Shown: positions 12,452 through 25,548, counted from the first letter of the whole stretch. The stretch: DNA of 63,987 nt, filler included, from Bigelowiella natans CCMP2755 (GCA_000320545.1; 8 parts of 8 records of this genome joined end to end with filler, not necessarily neighbours in it); one strand, 5' to 3'. Program-made: numbers and translations. The notes: a model not told the origin generated them from the letters alone.

Positions 12452-13061
12452 GCGTGCGTGCGTACGTGTATGTGTGCGCAATAGGTATTATGGGCTGTGA
12501 GACAGGCGAGCAGCGACCATTTTCCATCTGAATAGCCTTGTTCACATCCGCCTCCGCATCGTCCAGCTTCTCCATCGCCATGAATGCTGCAGCTCGATTG
12601 TTAAGATAAACGGAGCTCTTGGGGTCTAGCTCTATTGCCTTGCTGTAGTGTTCTACGGCGGTCTGAAACTCTCTCTTTGTGTACGCATCGTTACCCTTCT
12701 GCTTCTCTGCCTCTGCCGCATGAGGGTCAGCGGCAGGGGACACGATTTCTTCCACATCCATATCATCACCTTGGGTCCCTGCTCCGCCTCGTAGGGATAG
12801 GAGGTCGCCAAAGCTGTGACCACATGCTGATAGTTTCCCCCTGTTCGCAACACGCTGGATGATGGTTGTAGGCCGGTGATGGCTCGCATGCTCCAAAGGA
12901 TTTCGGGCTGCTGCCAGTGTTGTTGTTCTTCGGAGTAATAATGGCGAGGAATGAGGGGGCACTCGAGCAGGTGAAGAGACCAAGATCATATATGAGGCTA
13001 TAAACATGAGCGAAAGAATCCCCAGCTCCGTGGTTGTGGGTTTCTTGCAGCTAGTACGCAT
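9552..13061 (-). CDS. STI1: STI1/HOP-like Hsp70-Hsp90 organizing co-chaperone with bipartite N-terminal presequence
   Basis: TPR2A-like AEAEKQKGNDAYTKREFQTAVEHYSKAIELDP..YLNNRAAA; linker EYVDPEKSAEAKSKGNELF; TPR2B-like WNNRAACYQKL...AVELDPNYVKGWSR; DP2-like VQNDPEAMSIMQDPQMQKVLQELQSNP...LQKLIDVGVIR. About 93-aa extension with a hydrophobic signal. Confidence 0.9.
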
Positions 13062-13503
13062 GATGATTACGGTGATGTTCTTCGCTGATGATCTCTAAAG
13101 ATTTTATGACGCAGGGCTCTTACTCACACCCTTTTTCTCTTTCCTTTTCTTTGGTTAGCCTTCGATCGCGAGTCTCTCTCTACCGCTATCTTTCTCTCTC
13201 CCTCTATTCTTTCTCTGGTGCTAAGAGTGAGTGATACTACGAATCTGCTCTCTTCTACCCGCCGCTGCTTACAAAGGAGGCGCAGAGTTGTCAGGAGAAA
13301 GTAGACCAGGAATATCCGATAATTCATGTCGCATCATTGAAATGCCTTCCGATTTATAAAAGAAATATTTTTCAAAATAGTTGTATTTCTTCCTAAAATA
13401 ACAACAAATTCATTGTCGCAAATATATTTCGGCTATTTCGAGTCGTTCATAACATAATAATCGCCGAAGTAGGAGGCACTCTCAGAGCCTTCCACGGAAA
13501 ACA

Positions 13504-14720
13504 ATGGAGGTCGAAGACCAAGGTGGCAATGGCGGCCAACCCAAGACTACACACCAAAAAAAACAGTCACAGGCTGATACGAAATCGAACGATAAGAAAA
13601 AGCAAGACAGTGTCATGGAGGAAGAGAAGGCTATCCCCAAATTCCCTGCCCTCACCGCCAAAGAGTTAAACAGCGGGAAGCCACAATACGCAAAAATCAA
13701 CGTACCTCCTCATAGGTGATTGATTTTCCCCCTTTCCCTTTAGTAGTACAGATCTAAGACTTGTTTATCAGATACACGCCTCTTCGGGAGAACTGGGTGA
13801 AATTATACGAACCGATAGCGAAGCATATGAAACTACAAATCAAATTCAATCCGAAGAAAAGATGTGTGGAGATGAAGGTTTGTTTAAATGAATTTCTCAC
13901 GGGTTTCGAAAATATTTTCGCCCTTTGAAAGTAAATTTGAAACCATGAAATCTGCAGACTTCCAAGCACACAACGTTGCAAAACTCGCTTCAAAAGTCAA
14001 CCGAATTTGTTCGGGCGTTCATGCTCGGATTTGAAATTCGAGATGCAATTGCACTTCTCCGTCTGGACGATTTATACATCGATTCGTTTGAGGTAATATA
14101 AATGAAAAAACTTATGTTAGAAAACAGGCTCAACCGCCGCCGCCGTCGTGTTGAACGAAGGCAAAACCAACAGGAGAGGCACTCTTTTTATATGACAGAA
14201 ATAATTCTCCAATTTTAAGGAGGATACTAAAAAAAAAGAATCGAAGAGAGAGGAAGAGAAGAGAAGAGAGGGGAGAGAGAGAGAGAGAGCGCGCACAGAA
14301 TAAGGGCGAGGGGGGTAGGAAGGAAATCTGATCACTGTGGAGAATTGCATTGAGGCAGAGGTGGCGTTAATGTTTAATATCTTCTGAAGGTTCGAGATGT
14401 GAAATCGCTACACGGCGAGCATCTTAGTCGCGCTATCGGTCGAATAGCTGGACAAGGAGGAAAAACAAAGTCTGTAGCATAATGCCACCAATCACGTCCA
14501 TCATGTCTCATTTTCTTCATTGGTATTTTTCAGATTTACAATAGAGAACGCAACTAAGACCCGGATTGTACTTGCAGACACTCACATACATATATTGGGA
14601 TCTTTTAATAATATTAACACAGCAAAGAGGGCAATATGTAACCTAATTATGGGAAAACCTCCTGGGAAAGTTTACACAACGATGAGAGCAGTTGCTTCGA
14701 GACAGAAGGAGAGATTCTGA
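13504..14720 (+). CDS. PNO1: Pre-rRNA processing KH-domain protein PNO1/Dim2
   Basis: KINVPPHRYTPLRENW; FMLGFEIRDAIALLRLDDLYIDSFE; HLSRAIGRIAGQGGKTKFTIENATKTRIVLAD...GKPPGKVY...RQKERF*. Confidence 0.97.
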
Positions 14721-14944
14721 ATGTCGAATCCAAAATCATTATGCGGCTTCAAAGCCAGCGTTCAATTCCAAAAATGTGTGCCAATTATTCGCGTCGTTTA
14801 TGTGATAAAATTTATAGACATTTATTAAATGCTTCATAGTCTAAGTAGCGTGATGGCGGAGATGTTCATGAGCATGTTTGTGTTATGTCTTGTCTTCTTA
14901 TTTGAGATTACATTTCAAGTACCGCCCTTCAGGCCATGACATAC

Positions 14945-15053
14945 GAGACGGATGTAATGAAATGTTTAAATTGTTTCAATGGTCATCCTAATGTAGCTGT
15001 GCAATGCAGCGGCCACAGCGCTTAAATTGTGTCTGTTTGTTTCCTTGGTCACA
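14945..15053 (+). repeat. Dispersed ~110-bp repeat, copy 2 (downstream of PNO1)
   Basis: Aligns by eye to 1381-1495; preceded by TAC. Confidence 0.8.
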
Positions 15054-15536
15054 GGCATATACTGACATGTAATGTGCAGAATGCATGCATAGGCACATCA
15101 TTCACCACACATGTGGTTACACATGTCGTGATAAACTACGCTGAGCCGTACGCTAGTTGTACATGAGGATATAGCCAGTCTAGTAGTCCACATGTACGAA
15201 TAATCGGCGCTAGACTATCTAGCTATGCCTAAATAGGCCGGACGATATACATTGTGCATGTATACATTCTGCTACGCAGCATGCTATGAAGAGCCTGCAT
15301 GCATGCGAGCTTCTCTCAACACATCTCGGTCCCGTACCTCCCAGCAAATATGTTCGCGCAGTAGCTCATTCACCCGTGAAAGACGAATTCATGCGCGGAG
15401 CTGCCATGCGAAAGTAAAGGTCGGTGTCAAATTTGAGACACAGTACTACTGCTCAAGCTGTAGTGCACATCTTTAGTATATCGTGTGACACACTATAAAA
15501 CACGCAGGTTATGTTCAATTATTTGTGGGATATATC

Positions 15537-17919
15537 TCAAAACAAAGAGCCCCCGAAAGGGTTAGAATCCTTGCTACCGTCATCTTCGCGTCGTCGATTA
15601 TTCTGCTGGATTTCAGGCTGAGACTGATGTGACGTCTCGCCCTCCTGCTTGTGATCTGATGGGTGCATAAAAGGGCACTGGTCTCCCTTTATACAACGGT
15701 TTTGAGCGTAGAATCTGCACAACTGCCATCTTCGTATGACAACAGATCGGCCTTGTCCACTAGAATTTGGTGGTCTATGCTCACCGTTCTTGTAGAAGGA
15801 GGGCGAGGGCATCATCGACGGTGTTCCCAGCTTGTTAGCAGGGCTGTTTTTTTGAGCGGCAGTGGAAAATGGATCACCGTTTGAAAGCTGCTGCGACGGC
15901 GTGATTTCAGCGTTTCTGTTATAGATGTTATTATTAACGGTGTCGCCTCGAAGTAAGTTATGGCTTTGATTTTGCGTGGTGGGGTTAACAACTCTGTAGT
16001 GTGATCGCCTTCGAAATGATGATAATGGCTGGTTTTGCGGAAATGCAGCAGTAGCAGCAGGATCTAAGGTGGCATTTCCAGTTTTTAAAGCGGAGTTTGC
16101 AGTTTGTAAAGCGGAGTTTGTTTCATTTTGAACTTTCATGGCAGTCGTCTTCGTTGTTGTCGTCGTCGTCGTCGTCGTCGCCCCTTGAAGTTGCTCATCG
16201 AGCAAGCTAGTAGGTCCCTGCCATCCTCCTTCCGTGTTCCCGCCCTCTACTCCTTGCCGCTGCTTCTGCTGCGGCACCTCCTTCCCCCCCCCCTCCTCGC
16301 GTTTCTCATCCTCATTCTTCATTAACTCGTCCTCTTCCATGTGATGGTTTTTGTTGTCATCATCTACACGTATTTCATCACCCCTTCTGTTAATTGCATC
16401 CGCAGCTTCTATCGATTGAGAATGACAATCGTCTTGAGCGTTGTTCTCTAGTGTTGAGGAGGCTGCCCCTGATAGAGATGATGCTACTGCGGAGGTGCTA
16501 CTGCTGTCCCCACGTTCATTTATCTGCAGTGGCCGCATGGCTTCAGCAGCGTGTGTAATCATCTTTCTTGGGGTTAGTTTTGGGGGTCTAGAGCCAGCGA
16601 CAAGAAAGTGCGACGGTCGCAAACTGCGTGGAATACGAACGTGGGGCAGGGAGGGGAAGATCTGGGAAAACGGTATTCCCTGCTGGACTTTCTGATCATC
16701 ACGCCGACGTGATGGCGGTGCCTTACTGGTGCGCCTACTTGTGCCAACGCGACTCGCACTGGATGGATTCGAAGAGGAAGGTGCGGAATGAGAAGGCCTA
16801 TTTCTCTTACGAGATGATGATGATGTTGATGATGATGATGATGATGACGATGCTATGTGCTGAGAGTTTGATAATGGCGACGAAACATTGGCAGCCTTTT
16901 TGGAAGAGTTATTGGGTACGTTCCCATTAGATGTGCTTAAAGCTTCACGGACTTGCTCGCGCCATTCACTGGAAAGAAGGACATTTGAAAAGCGAAAAGA
17001 AAGTTTATTTTTGCAATGAAGGCAAAATAAGGAGGGAGAGAAATTAATATGAGACTTTCAGATGTCTATCGTGCTAATTCACCTTTGGGCTATCAGCTGC
17101 GGGTCATGAAGAGCTTTATGGATCGTCAAACGCAAGTCAGGATTGAGTCGTGCGATCTCCCTTATTGATTCCTGTTGTGGTGCCATTAAATACATCTCTT
17201 TCACAAAATCTTGGCTTTCAAGAACATTGGTTTTACCTTGAATTGTTGTGTCTTTCTAGCCAATTTCTTTTCAACTTGGCGTTTCTGGAGGATTTTCACG
17301 GTCTTCTTCCTCCACACTTCCGAGTGAATAGACTGGCATATGCGTATCAAATAACCTCAACAACAAATTACTCGCACTGCTTAGTTTTCTCTTTTCAAGG
17401 CACCTTGGCATTATGTATACATTTGAGTATTTGCTGGAGCGCTGCACCGTTGTAAAAACGGCAGAGATGCTCGAGAGCCAATTGACCTCCACCCTCGTCT
17501 CCACTTGAAGCATTGTGTTCCTAACGTTGTGGCGAACGTGAATTAGCATCAGCCCACCTCGCACCACATGTTGTGCACATCGTTGCCGTATCTACCGTCC
17601 CCTCCTTGCCTCCTGCCCCTCCATCCGATACTTACCATGTGGTCTTTAGCGAGGACCTTCACCCTCACGGTGGAGCCTGTGCTCCGAGGAGGAGAATGTC
17701 GGTGGGGAAGGAAAGATAACTAGATCATTTTATTTAGATATTTCACCGATAACTTCCATACAGTAACATGAGCTGCCCAACATTACGACAAGGCGATTCT
17801 GCATGATTGAAATTAGAACATCTAACGATAAAACTTCGAATAAAATATTTTCTAAAAGGGATTGTCAAAAAAACGCACACACTACCTTTCTCTTGGGCGT
17901 TAGCTGACTCAAAGCCCAT
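15537..17919 (-). CDS. CCCH zinc-finger protein, largely disordered (5' exons tentative)
   Basis: CRFYAQNRCIKGDQCPFMH (C-x7-C-x5-C-x3-H) at ~15661-15720 in a 361-aa terminal exon. Upstream candidate exons have GT-AG ends, e.g. EHLCRFYNGAALQQILKCIHNAK and SIHSEVWRKKTVKIL. The start at MGFESANAQEK is uncertain. Confidence 0.7.
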
Positions 17920-18023
17920 CTCTAAAACGTGGGAGAACAAGACCCTCTTTCGTGTGAAGAAAGCTCTGTCGCGAAGCGAGTATCATCACCCATTCCTCAT
18001 CTCCTCATCAACCTGGGGAAAAA

Positions 18024-19089
18024 ATGGTGACGGCTCTCGTCTTGCTTCAGTTCTCTCTGCTTCTCATCGGGCCTTCCGTGAAGGCTCTGCAGAGCGATAT
18101 CACAAGCTACTTTCCGTCGCTCGAGCAACTGAGCAACGTCGCCGAAGCCAACGCCTCACTTGCGAAGGGATACAAAGCAAGAGGAGTCCCTTCTAAAAGT
18201 GTAAGCCACCAAGACAACGCGGTATGCTTTATGAATTCATAATGACTCTGTCCACTAGTCCATTTCGATGACAGCATTTCATATCCCCACCCGCGATTAT
18301 TTTAAGGCCTCTGACAACGAACCAAAGGATCCCATGCATGTATCTTTGAATCACCACACCATCCTCGCATTGTCGCTCGAAAGTCTGGCGTTTATAACAT
18401 TCATATCGGGTCTCACAAGCCACATTGTGGGAAATTACAATATTGCAACAGCCTTATTCTTCGTCGTTCTTTGTCTCAGTAGTGCTTCATTTTACAGCCA
18501 GGTTTTCCTTTTGAGGAAGCATTCAAAAATATCTATTACCTTGAATTTGTTTACATTCCTTGGCTATACTACAATTCTCGGAGCTATTACATCGATTCTC
18601 ATAGGAGTCACACTTGCCAACTGGGCAGAATACTTGTTCGCCACAATGGTTTTAGTAAATCTTCTAGCATATGGTATCATGTTCATTGAGTGCGAGTGGG
18701 CTAGGGGAAGCGATATCGAGGACCCTGATTCACACTATTTACCGCCCCTTGTGTGGTTCTTCTCTAACCCCATGGCTCACCATCTGATTAAGAATTGCGC
18801 CGTTTTGTTTCTGGTTCTCAACTACAAGCTGGTGACTCAAATGTTGGTCCAGACCAAACAGCATCAAGGGGGGTTAGCAGGGTATGACAGGTTGAATCAA
18901 CAAAGTGTTTTTGGCTATCAAAGAAGAGAAAGAGACGCCTCTAAATTTATGAACATCCTTCTGAAAGCATCCGTGGCTGTAACTTTTCTTGCGTATCTAT
19001 GGATCACGATAAACTCCGTTGTCCTCATTGTTGAAGGAATCATGTACTATGAAGGTGGGTCACATACTTCTTTCATTCATCCAGAATAA
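18024..19089 (+). CDS. Signal peptide plus multi-pass (about 6-7 TM) membrane protein; possible divergent TMBIM/Bax-inhibitor-like
   Basis: MVTALVLLQFSLLLIGPSVKA signal; a 37-nt GT-AG intron at 18222-18258 joins the 72-aa ORF in frame to the 273-aa hydrophobic ORF. The family call is weak. Confidence 0.7.
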
Positions 19090-20966
19090 ATGATACATGC
19101 ATCAAGTTGAATTTTCACCAAGCAATTTGACGTTTGGCACGGAACCAATGTGCATGTCTCTATGTTTCAAACCAGCTTTTTACACACACATCAGGTGACT
19201 GGAAAGACAAAGTCTGCAGCACGAAATGACACCATGACGGAATTTCTAGACATTGTGTGCAATGCATGTGCATAGCTGGACAGCTACACGACGTGCGGTT
19301 CTCAATGCGTGCGTCGAAATCATCTTTTTGATCCACAAAACAATGCGCATTTTGGCAATTTTTGCTACTGCCGTCAGTAGGGAAATGAAATGTGGGGCAT
19401 GGTTCATGTCCAGCAGCAGCAAACACAACCAGAATTTCAACATTGCATGGCTGAGTCTCGGATCTAGGGATGCATGCATGGCCACAACTGCAGAACTCTT
19501 CAGCAAAATTCAGCAATGCCAGAATGGCCATTCATCACTAGATCACTCTAGCTGACACTCCTCATGCATTTATACATTGTCACTAGCTCTGGAGCTAACG
19601 CGCTTCGCTGCGTGCCGGACGAGCTGCCGTCTATCCGTGCTGAGTAGGCATCATTGTGGAGTTAGGCCACGCACCAGCGCAGTGCCAGAGTGCTTCATGG
19701 ATGGATGTGCGTCATCTCCTGGTCTGGTGGTCTCTGGATCTGATGTGACAGCTTGGAGGAACAGGTGATGTGTTCATGACTCTGGAACGCGGGCAAACGC
19801 AGACAGCTGGACAGCTCTGCCGGAGCACTCAGCTGGAGCACGGCCAGTGTTCCTTGCTAGCTTGACAGGGCCAGAGTGCCAGAGTGCCTGGCTAGCTCCA
19901 GAGCTGGCTAGCTGGGGGTTCCAGCGAAGAGCAGAAGTGAAGTTCATGGTTCACATGGAATGCAACCTGCCAGGAATGGAAACCTGCAGCACTTCTTGAT
20001 TCTGCCTCGGACTGCATGCCAGCGTGCACCCGTGCAACCCGTCCCAACTTGTTGACAAGGGTGAAAAAGACGAAGAAAACTTGTGCAAGCGACGCAGAAG
20101 GAAGTCCGCATCTTGAAGGACACCGCCCTCTCAAGGTTCAAGAATCAAGAATCGTGTTCATTCGAAAGTGTTCTCACAAGATGCACCACTGACACTGCCA
20201 ACAAGCTAGACTCGTCTCGGCGGACGTCGACAGACGTCACAGACATCTTGGGAGTCATTTGAATCTGTCTGGATCAGGCTCTGGAGTGTCTCTAAGGATC
20301 CAGCAGAATTGCGAGAGAGTTTTCTTCGAAAGTTCTTGAGACCATTCTCGGAAATTGGGCAATTGTTTTCTAGACCTTGACTTTCTGTTTTCTCATGTGA
20401 TGATCTTCCTTTTGGCACAGATTTTCCAAAAGACCCAGAAAATCACGGGAAAATGCATCCCCAATCACGTGCAAACATTTTACGAAATGTCGATGTAGTT
20501 CAGAAGGTTGCAACTGGCAAGATTTGCCTCCAAAAACATTTTCACGCAGTAGGAAAACGCAATGCATTTCCCTGAAATCCCTCCAGAAATATCAAGTTTT
20601 CCGGAATAATCACCATGCATCTACCCGAGACTTCAGAACATCTGTAAGCAGGTAAAGGAAGTCAAATAAAAATTTTAACCTACGTTTTTCACACGAGACT
20701 CCTACTTGAAAGCTGCATGCGCACAAGAATGGGGAGATAAAGGAGGAAATGCGGGCATCTTTGGTCTGAAAACGTATCTCTCCGTCGGCGTGACAACCAG
20801 TTCCCACAACCCATAGCCACCACCCACATTACCTTGGAAATAACCCAGCTCGTCTAACATCATAGAGACGATGTCTGGATAGTTTCCTAACCTTGCACAC
20901 TATGTGAGTTTCCAACTCCCCTGTTCATTTAAACAATGAAATCTTCCAATTTTACCTGCAAAGTAA

Positions 20967-21795
20967 ATGCGCCCTCAAAGCGAACATCGCGTAAACGCGC
21001 CAGTGCCCACCATGATGCAACTCGACTTCAACATTGGATCTCCTCCCAAGGAGGGGAAACTCCGGATCGATGAACTCTTCACTGATCATCGCCCACCCCT
21101 CATTGGTGAAGAGGCAGTCTCCGAGTCCGAAATTCCTCAATTCGGGGATGACGACTCTTCACTTGGAGAATGGCTGTCAGCCAGAAACCCCGAAACGGAT
21201 GACCTGGACTCTTTTCTCGCACCTTCAAAGAAATTTTCTAAAGAGGAAGAAATGGAGAACAAGATGGGGGTCCGTCGCGAGAAATCATTCGATTCTAAAG
21301 TATCTGACTCGAAGGCTACTCTATGGGAAATGACTCCTCCTCGGGAGGATGAATCAGGCGAGCCATTCAAGCTTCACCCATTTCTTAACTCTGGAGATGT
21401 CAGTCCAGCTTCAGACAACAAATTCTGGGAAGACGATGACTCCAAGAAAGAAATTGAGGTGCTTGCAAATTGCTCTGATCAAGCATCTGGTGACGTTCTA
21501 TCACTCCGTCCGCATCAATCGATTCTTTCTGTTGATGCGTTGGTGAAACTACAGTCCCACTTCATGAAAAGGTTAGTATTCTTCATCTGATGATGTTAGA
21601 TTTTTGTCTTGTGTAGATTTGAACTCCTATTCTTACGGTTTCATTTTGTATTTCAGGTCTGTTGGTTCCAAGCGCAAAATGGATCACGTCAGCGAAACTT
21701 CCAAGAAGATGAAGAGGGATATCCCTGGAAGTGATGAGAAGGGGATGGCATATTATATTGCAAATCGTCTTGTGAAAGGGACTCTAATGCTCTAG
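20967..21795 (+). CDS. Hypothetical acidic/disordered protein (orphan)
   Basis: 207-aa ORF plus in-frame GT-AG intron ~21572-21657 (MKR|SVGSKRKMDH...GTLML*). No recognised domain. Confidence 0.55.
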
Positions 21796-22911
21796 TTATA
21801 TTAAGGAAAATTGACAACATGAAGCAACATGGCTAATTTTTATTTGTTCCTGATCAAGCCATAACAGAAAGAAATAAAAGTTTAGACTAAGCTTCAAGCT
21901 ATCTAGCTATACTTAACGGCCACAACATGAGCGTGCGCGTATGTCTAGATGTGCATGTGGTTGCATGTTACATGCAGGCAAACTTGATCATTGGTTGCTA
22001 TGTGTGCGTGCAAAGCACCACTAGCTAGCTAGACCCCATAGTGTCGTCACTTTAGGATTCCGAGCTCATGCCTCGAGTGATCCGTGTCCCCTCTGCTACT
22101 AGTCTAGTAGTCTCTAGTCTAGCGCTTCGAAGCGCTAGAGCAGAGGGGCGTGTTGCGCGCAATGACGGCTGAAATTCGAACACCACTCGCTAGCTCGGTC
22201 ATCTCAAAAGAACAAGTAGAGTAGTAATGAGCTAGCTAGCAAGGCTAGACTAGTAGAAGGAAAACTCAACTAGAACTAGAGAAGACATCTCAACTAGCTC
22301 TAGAGCTAGCTAGCTAGGCATGCACAGGCTAGCAGGCTTGCTAGCGCTAGCTCTAGAGCTTGGCATCGAGCTAGCTAGCTAGCTCGATGTTTGCGAATGA
22401 AAACCAGAAATGTGCTGTTGCACACGAACAAGCAACTCTATAAAACTGCGCCTCACATTGCTACATTGCTAGATTAGCTTGGTCAATTGCTAGATTGGTG
22501 CCACGCTAGCACGCTAGCACGCATGCACGACCGCCCTCAGCCCTGTCTAGCTGTGCCACGCTCTAGCTAGCTAGCGCTAGCTAGTGCGACATGTGGAACA
22601 TCAGTCTGTGCACAAGCAAACAAATTCAATTGCTTAATTACATCCGTCTTATTGCAAGCAAACAATTCGCAAGGCGGCTTGCTGGAGATGTCCTTGCATC
22701 TAGACACATTGACAATGTACGCCCTAGCACGATGGCTAGCTAGCACGGCGGTGTGTACGTGTTGTTTAATTATTAACAAGGCTACTCAAATCAACATCAA
22801 CTAGCGACGACAGAGGCAGTCTATTGTGTCGTCGTCGTCGTCGTCGTCGTCGTAGAGCTATGTGCATGCATCATAACGATGTGCTGCACACCATGATAAA
22901 TAGCAGCTCCA

Positions 22912-23538
22912 TTAAAAGTCAAGATGGACTGCCATGCTTTCAACTCCAGTCTCGTCAGTTCCTAACAATGGTAATCAGCATTGAGCAGCTACACATCTGG
23001 ACATTGTTTAAACCCACGATATTCACACAGATGTAAACATACACACACGCACACACACACACACGCATTGCTACTTGTAAGTGTCTCTTGATATATAACA
23101 TACACTAGATATTTTTTTGGTTATTCATTAACAAAAATTCCTTAGCACACTAGCGACGATAATGTCGTCCTAGACAATAGACAAATTGTCGCAATTACGC
23201 TGCGTGCGCCCTGAATATTATACAGATTCCACCAATCTAATTCAACCTCGACGAATTTTGAAGTAGCCATTATCTCCCCACTCGGACCCCCATGAACTAC
23301 GAATTTGTCCAAGAAAGAACTTAGCCGAAATTGGTGAGTTGACACAATACGACGATTATAGATGTGGAGACATGCCAACGACAACGATGGGGCAAAACAA
23401 CGAGAACAGCCAGTGATGTTCATGATGACGGTGCCTACTAACAAACGAGCGATTGCTTTCACCACTACCCCTCACGATCAATAGCGGTTGCAATGCCACC
23501 ATAGCGGAAGGTGTAAGTAAACATCAAAAGTCGCACCG

Positions 23539-23574
<36 letters not shown>

Positions 23575-25352
23575 AAAACTACTTCTTGCCGATCCAATAC
23601 TTGACACCATCTGTCGTTTCACCCCAGCCGATGAGGACTATTGCGTGGTCCGTCTTCTCCCTTTTGTTACGGTAAGAGGGGAGAGGGGGGGGGGGGGAAG
23701 AATACACACTAAAATAAGCTATTGGTTTATGATAATTGAACAAAATGAAAGCTATTGCTGGGTTCTGTAAAATATGGAGTTATCTTTAGCTCATTTCTGT
23801 GTCGTTCGGCCTTTATTCATCCTCCTTTGTTCTATTTCTTCTTCTTCTTCTTCTTCTACTTCTACTACTACTACTACTAAGGACCAGTCATCCGTGTGAG
23901 GGCCTTTTGCACCCGTAAATATCTAATATCGACAGAGTAGTAGTAGTAGTAGTAGAGTTGTAGTAGTAAGTAGCACACCCAAGTTGAACGTTATATTATT
24001 GTTATTTGTTATAATATTCAGTGTTGGATAGCGTGCGGAAAGCAAAGAGCACTGGTTGAAGCATGCTTTTCACCAACAACCATTGCTTTTTGCATGCATT
24101 CCATGATTCCAATACCAACTCTCATGATGATGATGATTAAAACGACTACAAACATCGTGTAAATCAAATAAGCAGAAACAACCTCTAATGCAATACATGT
24201 TCAGCAGTATTATGTAGACGTATTATTATTATTATTATTAGTAGTAGTAGTATCATCATCATCACCCCACTCTTGTAGGAGAAGAACGTTCCTGATGGCT
24301 CAAAGGCTGCGATGACGGGGCCCTTGTCGTGTATCTGATATCGGGTAGAAAGCACGACAAAGACACGAGAAATACAAGGAAACATGAACGCCACACACGA
24401 TATGGTGCTAGTACATTAAGCAAATTATTAGTCTTCTCTCATCCTCCTACTAATTATGATTGCTGCTGCTACTACTACTACTACTAATAATAATAATAAT
24501 AATCATCATCATCATCTAGTGACACCTCTCTCATGATGCTTTCCATGTTCCCGCCACCATAATACCCACCCACGTAGCCGTATCTGTGAAGTTGACGATA
24601 AATTAGCACAAAAGAAGAATGAAAGAGAGAATGAACGAGGAACTCAGTCTCACAGAGAAAACAAACACAGCAGCCAGAAACACAACATTCCAGCGGATCT
24701 CGTTGGGGTGGTTCATTAGAGGAAATATATGCAGTCAGCACAAAGATGCAAAACGAAGAAATTCCTTGCTTATTTTCTTCGCCCCCACCCCCTCATCATT
24801 TCCATCATCATCATCATCATCATCATCATCCCTATCGAGAGAAATGCTGCAGACTCATCAGCGGAAGGATAATAGCAAAGAAGGGCATATTGAATAATGA
24901 TATGAACATCGATCGTAACCGAGAGGAAGAGAAGCATCAAGACTCATCACGTAATGAGTGTCTCATCTACTCTACATCGCTAGCATGCCGACAATAAAAA
25001 AGTACCCTTTGATAAAATGCCTTTCGTCGCTAATTTTTATTTTCTGGATGGTGGGGTGGCGGGGGGGGGGGGGGGGAGGAAGAAGCATATCACATCGATG
25101 TCGTTTGGCTCGGTTGATTTCATCATCGTCATCATAATGCTACCTTGGTAGCATTTCACAGTCCTAAATCCAAGGTCTTTTCCGTGTTTACCCACAAGAT
25201 AAGGGTATCTAAGGAGGGGGAGGGGGGACCCAGAGGGAAAGAGAAACATCAAAAATCAGATAAGACAGTAAACAAGGAGGAGGAGGGGTTAGGGAAGGGG
25301 AGGGACGTGTAGATAGAGAAGAATAGCTAGAAATTAGGCGTACAGATATATG

Positions 25353-25396
<44 letters not shown>

Positions 25397-25509
25397 GTTA
25401 CATACAAATAAATATGCATACACTCAATATTTATGTACCCTCCTGAGCAGCCTTGGTTATAGAAAGAAGTATCGATATGATCCTGCAGAGTGAAAGGGAG
25501 AGAGGGAGA

Positions 25510-25548
<39 letters not shown>

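Noticed and set aside
23142-23465. 107-aa ORF on the minus strand
   Set aside because: Mostly cathepsin intron; the real exon (NSWGSEWGDNGYFKIRRG) is in a different frame.
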